From a virus (lineage: Duplodnaviria > Caudoviricetes), in IMG/VR virus record IMGVR_UViG_3300037249_000698, positions 31,134 to 95,133 of that record: a DNA stretch of 64,000 nucleotides. The stretch is one strand, 5' to 3'. Under the pieces are notes generated by a model. That model was not told the origin of the DNA and ran no database searches. It worked only from the letters and a program-made list of their open reading frames with translations. Of the stretch, positions 24,893-33,771 are shown piece by piece (position 1 is the stretch's first letter; the number at the start of each line of letters is the position of its first letter). Position numbers and translations under genes: made by a program.

Positions 24893-26683
24893 ATGGGAAC
24901 AACATTAGAAAACGGCGTTTATTTGCCAAGTGAGGGCGAGCGTAACTGTTATGCTGGCTTAAAGACAAATTGGGAGATTTTAGACCAAAAAGTTGCTGAT
25001 GTAACAGCATTACAACAAGCTGTCGCAGGTGCGTTACACAGAGAAATTGTCGAAAGTTTGCCGACTACTGACATTGATCCTAATACTATTTACATGGTTT
25101 TAAGTGGCACAAGTGCTACTGAAAACGTGTATAACGAGTACATGTACGTCAACAACGCATGGGAGTTAATTGGTACAAGTGCGACTGATTTAACAAACTA
25201 TTATACAAAGGGTGAGATTGATGGCAAGTTACTGTTAAAAGCTAATGATAGTGATGTTGTTCATAAGAGTGGGAATGAGACTATTAGTGGTGTTAAGAGT
25301 TTTATCAATTATTTTTTGGGAAAAGATTTATCTGGACAAACAGTAGACTTAAACGACTGTGTTGATGCTTATAGTGGTGCGATGCACTATTACTATGCTG
25401 TATCAAATTATACAAACATTTCAAACAAGCCAGAAAACAAGCCTTTTATTCTAGAAAGTAAAACAGTAAGGTATGTGTCTTCAGCAGATTACACCTATTA
25501 TCAGAAAATTTATACTGCTGATTATAATGCTACTCCGTCTATCTATACTCGGTATTATCGTTCTGGGTCTGCATCATGGTCAAATTGGATAAAAGATACT
25601 GATAAATTTGTAACAACTGATACTAATCAGACTATATCAGGAAATAAGACATTTCTTGATATACCTATTTCTTTTAAGAGCTCAACTGCTGAATTAGGTG
25701 TGACAGGTGGAAATGCAAAGGTAATTTTCACTGATAAAAATCTGTTAAATTTAGCTGGTATAACTTTTGGAAATTATGAAAGTTCAAAATTATCATATTG
25801 TAGATTCCATATCTATGACAAAGATTCAAATAATCAGGAAGTTGAAAATTTTATTGAATTTTCTTATGTGAACAATAATCAGGTTGCCTACCTTAGACCA
25901 AATAAATCAAATTTTGCTACTTTGGGTACAGTTAATAATAGGTGGTCTAAAGTATATGCAAATGAATATTATTATGGTTCAAACAATGTAGAATTTAGCA
26001 CTAAATTTGTCACTACTGATACTGATCAAACAATAAACGGTGTTAAGAGTTTTAGTGATAATATCAGTACAAAGAAAATAATATCTAATGTTGCACAATT
26101 ACAGATAAATGCAAAGTCTAGTGCTGATAGTGTTGCTATAATAGCAGGGGCTGATGCTTCTGAGGGTGGTGGTTTTTGGTGTTATGGTAAGAACTCTGGA
26201 AATGGCTCTGATTGTCGTATGCAGATATACAACACATCCAAATCACGCTATGAGAGTATTGATTTAGTAGGTTCTCAATTTTTGCCTAACCCATCAGGTG
26301 AATTAGACTGTGGTGGAACATCAAACAAATGGAAAACATTTAACGGCTTAAATCCAGGTTGTTTATCTTTACCCGATTTTTCTAATGCAATAGATATAAG
26401 CTCATATATTACCGTTACAGGCGGGTCAATAATTAGTAATTCATACACACCTCCAACTGATGGTTATATTTCTGTAAACTTAGGTCGTTCAAGTGGTGCT
26501 ATAGGATTGGTTTTAAGTAATGGCAAAATTGAAGTGTGTGTAAGAGAAAATACTTTTCCTGATAATCATAGGGAATGCGGAGGATTTATACCAGTTCAAA
26601 AGAATGATACTGTTGTAATCATAAGCTGTTTAGCTGATTCTACTATTTGGGCGTACTTTATACCATGCTTAGGAAATGTTTAA
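24893..26683 (+). CDS. Fibre protein (head or tail fibre)
   Basis: ATG after GGAG; shaft repeats VVHKSGNETISG / FVTTDTNQTISG / FVTTDTDQTING; WSNW motif; C-terminal YT.PTDGYI tip. Confidence 0.8.
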   Translation: MGTTLENGVYLPSEGERNCYAGLKTNWEILDQKVADVTALQQAVAGALHREIVESLPTTDIDPNTIYMVLSGTSATENVYNEYMYVNNAWELIGTSATDLTNYYTKGEIDGKLLLKANDSDVVHKSGNETISGVKSFINYFLGKDLSGQTVDLNDCVDAYSGAMHYYYAVSNYTNISNKPENKPFILESKTVRYVSSADYTYYQKIYTADYNATPSIYTRYYRSGSASWSNWIKDTDKFVTTDTNQTISGNKTFLDIPISFKSSTAELGVTGGNAKVIFTDKNLLNLAGITFGNYESSKLSYCRFHIYDKDSNNQEVENFIEFSYVNNNQVAYLRPNKSNFATLGTVNNRWSKVYANEYYYGSNNVEFSTKFVTTDTDQTINGVKSFSDNISTKKIISNVAQLQINAKSSADSVAIIAGADASEGGGFWCYGKNSGNGSDCRMQIYNTSKSRYESIDLVGSQFLPNPSGELDCGGTSNKWKTFNGLNPGCLSLPDFSNAIDISSYITVTGGSIISNSYTPPTDGYISVNLGRSSGAIGLVLSNGKIEVCVRENTFPDNHRECGGFIPVQKNDTVVIISCLADSTIWAYFIPCLGNV

Positions 26684-26692
26684 GAGGTTTAT

Positions 26693-26878
26693 ATGTCAGA
26701 ATTAGAAGAAGATATAAAACACTGTGAAGAAGTCCTTGCTGATTGGCATGGATGCGATGAATGTAAGGCAGACCACGAAAGGCTTTTATCGTATATGAAA
26801 GAATTACTAGAGTATAGAAAAGCAAAGGACAGCATTATGACAGATAATACAGATATTGAATTTTCTTCCCATGCTTAG
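26693..26878 (+). CDS. Small hypothetical protein (CxxC...H)
   Basis: GAGG SD; GCDECKADHERL. Confidence 0.65.
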   Translation: MSELEEDIKHCEEVLADWHGCDECKADHERLLSYMKELLEYRKAKDSIMTDNTDIEFSSHA

Positions 26879-26898
26879 AAAACGTATAAGGAATTATT

Positions 26899-27018
26899 AT
26901 GAGTGATGAATTAGAAAATATTGAAAATGTAGAGCAATCTACAGGTGAAGTAAGTGGTGAAGTAAGTGGTGAAGTACCTGAAGATAATTCTAATTCTGAT
27001 AAAAGTTTATTTAACTGA
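26899..27018 (+). pseudogene. Truncated N-terminus of a second fibre-assembly gene
   Basis: AAGGA SD; MSDELENIENVEQ resembles MSDENNENVE of 27319; 12-bp repeat ggtgaagtaagt; stops after 39 codons. Confidence 0.5.
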
Positions 27019-27140
27019 TGAAATCGCATACAATGCGAAAATTTTAACGATAGTGCTAATCTATTGATTTTCTCGATAGATTACACTATCAAATAACTAC
27101 AATCGAATATAACGCAATCTAGCGAGGTTTTACGAGGTTT

Positions 27141-27236
27141 ATGAAGTGGTTTAATGATTGGCAGTTTGTCGAGCTTGTCTTTATGGTCATTGTCCTTTCA
27201 ATGTTGCTTTCTTGCAGATTGCTCGGCTTTATGTAA
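27141..27236 (+). CDS. 31-aa hydrophobic peptide
   Basis: GAGG SD; MKWFNDWQFVELVFMVIVLSMLLSCRLLGFM. Confidence 0.5.
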   Translation: MKWFNDWQFVELVFMVIVLSMLLSCRLLGFM

Positions 27237-27318
27237 TAAAACCTAAAAATTCATACTTTTTATTTTTATGCTATAATTATTTTTGCCGTTCCGAGTAATC
27301 AGAACGTAAGGATTTAAA

Positions 27319-27993
27319 ATGTCAGATGAAAATAACGAAAATGTAGAGTTAGAGGTAGAAAAACCTACTGACGAATTACCACCTACTACCGATGAAAACA
27401 AGGTCGTTGAGGATTTTGAAGAACCTGTAGAATCTGAACCTATCGAACAGGCTTTCGGTGTCTATTATTACGACAAAATCTTCGATGATGGTCGCTTAGG
27501 TCAGTTCACCGAAAGCACTCAACTTGCATATCAACTCGGTTGGCAGGATAACGTTATTCAGCAAGCAGATACCGAAAAAGATTGGCGTGGCTATACCTAC
27601 GTTAAAGGATATGCACAGGCTAAATCCCTTGAAGTCGCTAAACAGCAAAAACTCTCTCAACTCAAACAAGAGTCTGAAAAGTATTCTGCTTATGAGTGCG
27701 AAACTATGTTCGTTGTTTCTTCTCTCGGTTTTAAAATTAACGCAGACCATAAATCACAGGATAATATCCGAGGTCTTATCGCTCTCAATGCCCCGACAGC
27801 GTTTAAAGACTTTGATAATCAGTTCCACCAAGTCTCGGTTGATGATTTGAATACTTTGCTTGACGAATGTTACGCAAACGGTGCAAATCTTTATCAGCAG
27901 AAATTCAAAATGGAACTCGAAATATCACAACTACAAAATGTAGAGGAAATAGATAACTATCCTATTGTATTTACTATGGCTGATTTTTCTTAA
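27319..27993 (+). CDS. Fibre assembly protein (DUF4376-like)
   Basis: INAD..SQDNI.GL...FKD.DN.F..V...L pattern; follows the fibre gene. Confidence 0.7.
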   Translation: MSDENNENVELEVEKPTDELPPTTDENKVVEDFEEPVESEPIEQAFGVYYYDKIFDDGRLGQFTESTQLAYQLGWQDNVIQQADTEKDWRGYTYVKGYAQAKSLEVAKQQKLSQLKQESEKYSAYECETMFVVSSLGFKINADHKSQDNIRGLIALNAPTAFKDFDNQFHQVSVDDLNTLLDECYANGANLYQQKFKMELEISQLQNVEEIDNYPIVFTMADFS

Positions 27994-28001
27994 TCACCTA
28001 T

Positions 28002-28033
28002 ACCCTCTTTTCTATAAAGAGGGTTTATTTTTA
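28002..28033 (+). terminator. Intrinsic terminator
   Basis: accctcttt/aaagagggt followed by a T-rich tail. Confidence 0.7.
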
Positions 28034-28048
28034 TAAGGCAGACAACTT

Positions 28049-28315
28049 ATGTCTAATAACTATAACGCTCTTGTGGTGGCTCTCGCACAATTCGGTTATG
28101 TCACCGTTTCAGATAACTATAACATTGAACTAACTATCGACTATGCCCATTTCAATTCAGACGAACAATCTATTATCAATACTATTAAATCTGTTTTCGA
28201 GGAAAATAATTTTGAGCCTATTATAGAAAATCTGCCTTATTACTCTAGTTACGACCTCGCTATTACCTCTACTGATTTTAGCAAGCCGTTTGTCGTTTCA
28301 GTAATATACGCATAG
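28049..28315 (+). CDS. Hypothetical protein (possibly frameshifted)
   Basis: 88-aa ORF; an open +1 frame continues to about 28436. Confidence 0.6.
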   Translation: MSNNYNALVVALAQFGYVTVSDNYNIELTIDYAHFNSDEQSIINTIKSVFEENNFEPIIENLPYYSSYDLAITSTDFSKPFVVSVIYA

Positions 28316-28482
28316 CAGTTCCGAACTTATTGACCAAAAGGGTATGCAAATCTACATGGGTAATACGTCTACTCAAAACATTGTCGATGTTTGTTCAGCG
28401 TTAATTACTTATAAGGTATTGCATAATAAATCTTAATCTGCTATAATCGTCTCAACATGTTTGACAATTCATTGGAGTTATT

Positions 28483-28944
28483 ATGAAACTTGATATAAAT
28501 TTAGACTTGCTTGACGAGTTAAAAGAACCATTACCTAAAGGTACTTACGTTCTTGAATATGTTAGAGACGATTTTAGTAATTCAAACACTATTATTGACA
28601 TTTATTGCAAAGTTCTTTCTAGTCCTGACCATCCTGAAAAAGTCGGAACCAAATGTAAGATACAGACTTGTTATAGTTCTAACAATAAGCAAATTGTTGC
28701 AGTCGGCAACTCAATTCGTAATCAAATATTTAAGGCTTGTATCGGTAAAGATTTGTTTGACGCTGAAAGTAAAAAAGGCGGACTGAATACGTCTAAGCTC
28801 TATGGTCTTAAATTTCAGTGTTTTGTCGATATTAAGGAAACCACCTACGGTTTTAATACTAGCAAAAACACTTTCAAAACTTTTAAATGTGTTTATAACG
28901 ATGAAGATTTATTGCAGATTGCAAAAGAAAGATTTTTAGACTAA
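28483..28944 (+). CDS. DUF669-like (OB-fold/ssDNA-binding-like) protein
   Basis: EPLPKGTY N-terminal motif; GGAG SD; own extended -10. Confidence 0.45.
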   Translation: MKLDINLDLLDELKEPLPKGTYVLEYVRDDFSNSNTIIDIYCKVLSSPDHPEKVGTKCKIQTCYSSNNKQIVAVGNSIRNQIFKACIGKDLFDAESKKGGLNTSKLYGLKFQCFVDIKETTYGFNTSKNTFKTFKCVYNDEDLLQIAKERFLD

Positions 28945-29024
28945 TTTATACTTTCCCACTCTTTTAAAGCCATTTCAAAATTAAGGTATAATATCATGTG
29001 TGTGATATTATATGAGGTTTTGTC

Positions 29025-29585
29025 ATGGCTTTTATTGTTGAAAATGGTACTAATGTTCCTAATGCCAATGCTTACGTTACCGTAGAATTTGCCGATAGCT
29101 ATTTCGAGGACAAAGGCAATTCTTTTTGGGAAACTCTTACTACCGAACAAAAACAACAACGCATTGTCGTTGCTACTCAATACATTGATTCTCGATGGTA
29201 CGGTCAATTCAAGGGTAATATGTTTTATGAAAAACAATCCCTTGAATTTCCTAGAACTGTTTGGGTTGAGGAAGAACCCGATCCACTAGACCCTGAACAG
29301 ACTGTCGAAGTTCCGTTTATGCCTCTCGCATTGTTAAGAGCGTGTTCTGAATACGCTATCAATGTTGACGAGGAATCAATGTCTCTTGCCGTTAATTTTG
29401 AAACGTCTGAAACAGGCAGTGCTATTAAGCGTAAGAAAGAACAGGTCGGTACTCTGCAAACTGATACCGAATACTTTTCTAATGGCACTGAACTCGGCTC
29501 ATTATGGGAAAAGTACACCCTCGCAGATAGCCTTATGGCATCTCTGTTAAAGCAGAATTTAGTATGGAGATGTTATAGAGCATGA
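29025..29585 (+). CDS. Head-tail adaptor (DnaT-like virion protein)
   Basis: MAF.VE.GT....AN.Y.TVE.AD.YF and Q.LEFPR motifs. Confidence 0.85.
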   Translation: MAFIVENGTNVPNANAYVTVEFADSYFEDKGNSFWETLTTEQKQQRIVVATQYIDSRWYGQFKGNMFYEKQSLEFPRTVWVEEEPDPLDPEQTVEVPFMPLALLRACSEYAINVDEESMSLAVNFETSETGSAIKRKKEQVGTLQTDTEYFSNGTELGSLWEKYTLADSLMASLLKQNLVWRCYRA

Positions 29586-30019
29586 GTAAGAAAGAATCAT
29601 ACATCAAGTATAAAAAACTTGCTGAAAAACTTTTAAATAAATATGGTACTGAAAAGGTTAACATTACACTTGCTATGAATATCGGTGATGATGATGTTCC
29701 TTTTCAAGTTAATCCACAAAAAGTTGTTGAATATAATACGGTAGGCGTTATTATGCCTCCTGTTCGTGGTTTGTACTTTCAGGGTACACGTTTCGGTTTT
29801 CATACAGAATACGATAAAGGCGATTATGAGGATAAAATGTCCTGCATGGTTCTCCCTATCTATGACGATGAGGGCAAGGTTATTGATTTAACAAAAGCTA
29901 CTCACATCACTATTAAAAATGTCGATGGCTCTGCCGATGAACGCTATCGAGTGTTTTTCTGCGATGTCATGAAACCTGCCGATGTTGTTATCCTGTTTTC
30001 ATTCGGTCTTGGTAGATAA
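29582..30019 (+). CDS. Head-tail joining/closure protein
   Basis: Synteny; LAEKLL.KYG start. Confidence 0.65.
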   Translation: MSKKESYIKYKKLAEKLLNKYGTEKVNITLAMNIGDDDVPFQVNPQKVVEYNTVGVIMPPVRGLYFQGTRFGFHTEYDKGDYEDKMSCMVLPIYDDEGKVIDLTKATHITIKNVDGSADERYRVFFCDVMKPADVVILFSFGLGR

Positions 30020-30028
30020 GGTGAAATT

Positions 30029-30445
30029 ATGCAAGTTAAAGATGCCGTTTTTTACATGAAAAAACTATTCACCGATTATTGGTGCAAAGAACTTAAATAC
30101 AAGTGTATCTTTCAGAACATCCTCGGTGATACTCCTATTGACAACGTTCCGTTCGCTAAAATGGACTTGGTTCACTCTTATGCGGATAGGGCAACTTTAA
30201 TGGGTATGAATAAAACCAAATATCGCAATCGTGGTCTGATTTATATTCAGTTATTCGTACCTAGTAACACAGGCATGGATAATGCGTATGAATTAGCACA
30301 GTCTATTATGAATATTTATCGTAGACCACCACATGATTGTCAGATAAATTTTCACGGTTTTAGATTTGAAGAAAGCACACTCCGATACAAAGACTTTTTT
30401 AAAGTCACAGTTATCGTTGGCTTTGATTATGACTATCATTTCTAG
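30029..30445 (+). CDS. Tail terminator protein
   Basis: G.IYIQLFVP...G motif; precedes the tail tube. Confidence 0.75.
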   Translation: MQVKDAVFYMKKLFTDYWCKELKYKCIFQNILGDTPIDNVPFAKMDLVHSYADRATLMGMNKTKYRNRGLIYIQLFVPSNTGMDNAYELAQSIMNIYRRPPHDCQINFHGFRFEESTLRYKDFFKVTVIVGFDYDYHF

Positions 30446-30515
30446 GTTTTATGATTTTAGTGTATAATATCACTACCTATTTGTTTTCTTTCTTTTAGCT
30501 AAAGGATTAAATAAT

Positions 30516-32054
30516 ATGACTAAAGCGTTAAAAATTGACTCATCTGCCGTAGGGTTGTATATGGCTAAGGAACAGTCTATCAATGTTCTGCCTACTACAC
30601 CTGTTTGGCAACAACTTGAACCATCTGAAATTGGCGATATTGGTGGCGAAACCACTCAAACCTCTCGTACAATTATCAGACCTGATAGACAGAACAACCG
30701 TGGTGCTATTACCGATTTGAGTGCTAGTGCTGACTTTACACAGGAACTTTCTCAAAACAATTCAAACGAGTTGTTTCAAGGTTTCTGCTTTGCAAAGGCT
30801 CACGAACAGTTTACTACTAAGCCTCTGAATGTCGGTGATCCTACTACCACCGTTTCGTGTTCTACTGACACCTACACTCTTACCGATACTACTTTTGATA
30901 CTTCCTCTATCAAGGCTGGTACTCTTATTAAGGCTAGTGGTTTTACAGTTGCATCTAATAACGGTTTAAAGGTTGTTGATAGCGTTGCCGATAACGTAAT
31001 CACCATTACAAGTGCAGGCGGTGTTACTACCGAAGATGCCGGTGACGGTGTTCTCGAAGTCGTTGGTAAGACTGTTTCAGCTACTATTACCGTAACAGGT
31101 AAGGTTAAACTCGGCTTTACTGATGCTGACGATTTAGGACTTGAAATCGGTCAGTGGGTATTCGTTGGCGGTGATACTAACAAGTTCGCTAATAACGACC
31201 CATTCTACGCTCGTATCGGTGCTATTGAAAGCGATGGTTTAGTTCTTGACTTTACCACTAATGCTACCGAACTTACCGCTGAATCAGAAACCACTATCGA
31301 CCTGTTCTATGGCATGACAATCCATAACGAAAAGGATATTGATAAGATTAAGAGAACCACATATACAATCGAGGAACGTCTTGGCTTTGCGGATCAGGAA
31401 AACACTATCCCACAAGCATCTTACGTTTCAGGTTGTGTTCCTAGTGAAATTACAATCAATATCGAAAACTCTGCTCTGTCTGCTATTCAGTACACCTTTA
31501 CAGGTTGCCGTTTCTACACTAAGAAAGGTACTCTCGCTACTGGTACTCGTTTAGATCCGTGGGATGAAAAGGGTTATAACAATGCAAACGAAGTTTACCT
31601 CGCTTGTCTCTCTACCGTTTCAAACGACCCTACCAAGACAGCACCTAACGAACTCTTTGCATTTATGAGTTCAGGTAATATCAGTATCAACAACAATACC
31701 TCTGAAAACAAGGCTGTTGGTTGTCTCGGAGCTTTCGATATTTCTGTCGGAAAGTTCGATGTTACAGCAAATCCTAGTGTATATTTTGTCGATGTTGACG
31801 TTATCAAGTCTCTGAAAGAGAACGTTGACGTAGGTATGCAGGTGATTTTAGCACGTAACAACGAGGGTATTATCTTTGATATTCCTATGATGGGTATGGG
31901 TGCTAGTATTCCGTCTGTAAGTGATGGTGAACCGCTGACTATGGACTTGACTGCAAACGGTGCTAAGTCTAAGTATGGTTATACTTTCGCATATCAGAAC
32001 TTTAAGTATCTGCCTGACGTAGCTATGGCTAGTGATATGACTGGTTTTGATTAA
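30516..32054 (+). CDS. Major tail tube protein
   Basis: KIDS...GL..A.E, W..LEP and R...G..TDL.AS motifs; 512 aa; synteny. Confidence 0.88.
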   Translation: MTKALKIDSSAVGLYMAKEQSINVLPTTPVWQQLEPSEIGDIGGETTQTSRTIIRPDRQNNRGAITDLSASADFTQELSQNNSNELFQGFCFAKAHEQFTTKPLNVGDPTTTVSCSTDTYTLTDTTFDTSSIKAGTLIKASGFTVASNNGLKVVDSVADNVITITSAGGVTTEDAGDGVLEVVGKTVSATITVTGKVKLGFTDADDLGLEIGQWVFVGGDTNKFANNDPFYARIGAIESDGLVLDFTTNATELTAESETTIDLFYGMTIHNEKDIDKIKRTTYTIEERLGFADQENTIPQASYVSGCVPSEITINIENSALSAIQYTFTGCRFYTKKGTLATGTRLDPWDEKGYNNANEVYLACLSTVSNDPTKTAPNELFAFMSSGNISINNNTSENKAVGCLGAFDISVGKFDVTANPSVYFVDVDVIKSLKENVDVGMQVILARNNEGIIFDIPMMGMGASIPSVSDGEPLTMDLTANGAKSKYGYTFAYQNFKYLPDVAMASDMTGFD

Positions 32055-32070
32055 CAGTAGATAACTAAGT

Positions 32071-32100
32071 AAAAGGCTAGGGTAAAACCTAGCCTTTTTT
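32071..32100 (+). terminator. Intrinsic terminator
   Basis: aaaaggctagg/cctagcc followed by T6. Confidence 0.85.
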
Positions 32101-32158
32101 ATTTTGTGTTATAATCTTAATACTATAATTTTTTATTCACAAATTTACGGAGATTGTT

Positions 32159-32653
32159 ATGGGTGGTTTATTAGGAAAGTTTTTAACCGATAAGCAGGCT
32201 GAAAATCAGGGCGTTTGGGTGGCTTATGAAGATGCTGTAAACGATGATGGTACTTACCCTGAATTTTGTATCAAGCGTATCAGCACAAACAATACCTCTT
32301 ATCAGGCTAAAGTAAATCCTTTGTTACGCCAGTTAGACGCTTTATCAAGAAAAGAAAACGCTAACTACAACGAATACAAGAAAGTCAATGAAAAACTTGC
32401 TTATCTGTATATTGACGAAATTCTTGTCGATTGGCGTAACGTAAAGCATGAGGCGGTCATTGACCAAGAGGGTAATGTTGTCGTTGATGAAAACGGCGTT
32501 GCTATCTGCGAGGAAATCCCATTCTCAAAGGAAAAGGCTAGAGAAATTTTGGGTGATCCTGATTTTATCGAAGTCCTTAACTGGTTAATGAAACAGAGTA
32601 CCGATGTTAGTAATTTCCTCGTTTCAAACCGTAATAAAGATTTAAAATTCTAA
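32159..32653 (+). CDS. Tail assembly chaperone (G-like)
   Basis: F.TD...E..GVW motif; slippery T TTA AAA at 32641-32647. Confidence 0.85.
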   Translation: MGGLLGKFLTDKQAENQGVWVAYEDAVNDDGTYPEFCIKRISTNNTSYQAKVNPLLRQLDALSRKENANYNEYKKVNEKLAYLYIDEILVDWRNVKHEAVIDQEGNVVVDENGVAICEEIPFSKEKAREILGDPDFIEVLNWLMKQSTDVSNFLVSNRNKDLKF

Positions 32654-33042
32654 TCGAGTTTTTTGACTATTGTTATAAAAACAGTTCTCAAAAACATAAA
32701 AACCTCGAACGTGCTGTTGAAATGGCAAAAAGGTTCGGTCGTAAAGTTAGTAATACTGTTGAGGAAAAGCTAAATACTGCCGAACCTGTTTTACCCGATT
32801 ATTTAGTCCTGTTCTTTCAGGCTTTTAAAAATCTCGACAGACAACGCTCATCAGGATTTGGCGTTGGCTACATTCCGTATTTAGACATAGTTCAATATGC
32901 GAGAATGTACGATATGTCACAAGAGGTTGAAGAAGATTTAATTTTCTTTGTCACAGGACTTGACGATCATTATATCAAGATGGTAAATAATGATATGAAA
33001 ACCAAGCAGGAACAGTCAAGGAACTCGAATAAAAAACACTGA
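32641..33042 (+). CDS. Tail chaperone C-terminal part (GT-like), reached by -1 frameshift
   Basis: The -1 frame is open from 32641 into ORF 32722..33042. Confidence 0.8.
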   Translation, partial: FKILIEFFDYCYKNSSQKHKNLERAVEMAKRFGRKVSNTVEEKLNTAEPVLPDYLVLFFQAFKNLDRQRSSGFGVGYIPYLDIVQYARMYDMSQEVEEDLIFFVTGLDDHYIKMVNNDMKTKQEQSRNSNKKH

Positions 33043-33043
33043 T

Positions 33044-33070
33044 AAAGGACTTAGTAATAAGTCCTTTTTT
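33044..33070 (+). terminator. Intrinsic terminator
   Basis: aaaggactta/taagtcc followed by T6. Confidence 0.8.
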
Positions 33071-33080
33071 ATTTTAAGGA

Positions 33081-33770
33081 ATGAATATGATTGATATAGT
33101 TTTGCATATCGACTTTGATGCCGATACATACCTTAGAGAGATACAAGGATTTAGCGATACTTACAACCGTCTTTTAAGTTTGTCTGATACAAGACGTACA
33201 AAGATTGGCGGTAGAAAGAACGTATCAAAAGGCTATGTGCGAGAGTTTAAAAAACTGCTAGGAGAAGAATTGTCTGTAATCGGCTTAAATATTGTAAACG
33301 ACCTTATTGACGGCACAGGCGGTACAACAGGTAACATGGCTAGTGCATGGACTTTGAGTTTTGATGGTGGTGCAGATGCCGAGTATGGGTATTTGAGTAA
33401 CAATCCTAGAAAATATCTTGATATATGGCGAGCAACACACCTGACATTTGACGCAGAGCCTTTTGTAAACTACGGTAGAAATATTGCCAGCAATAACGTA
33501 AACACTGGCGAATTGACTTCATCCTCCCTCTCCGATTATACTATACATATATGCAATTATGCAAGAGTTAATACTAAAACTTTTAATAATTTCACAATCG
33601 GTACAGATGAGTTTTATGCTCAACAAGCTATAAGAGGTGGATTAGGTATGGTCGAAACAACCATAGACGATCCGTATGCGTATGCCGAACAAGAGTTTAA
33701 AAGACAGTTTAATAATGCGGTTAAAAGAATTAAATATGCGTTAAGCAAGCGTAGATTCAAGGTGGTTTAA
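33081..33770 (+). CDS. Virion morphogenesis / tail completion protein (HK97 gp10-like)
   Basis: TG....AW..S motif and I.I.N; synteny. Confidence 0.55.
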   Translation: MNMIDIVLHIDFDADTYLREIQGFSDTYNRLLSLSDTRRTKIGGRKNVSKGYVREFKKLLGEELSVIGLNIVNDLIDGTGGTTGNMASAWTLSFDGGADAEYGYLSNNPRKYLDIWRATHLTFDAEPFVNYGRNIASNNVNTGELTSSSLSDYTIHICNYARVNTKTFNNFTIGTDEFYAQQAIRGGLGMVETTIDDPYAYAEQEFKRQFNNAVKRIKYALSKRRFKVV

Positions 33771-33771
33771 A

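Noticed and set aside
25250-26060. Diversity-generating retroelement TR/VR pair in the fibre gene
   Set aside because: The repeats are in-frame fibre shaft motifs differing at all bases rather than only at adenines; no reverse transcriptase is present
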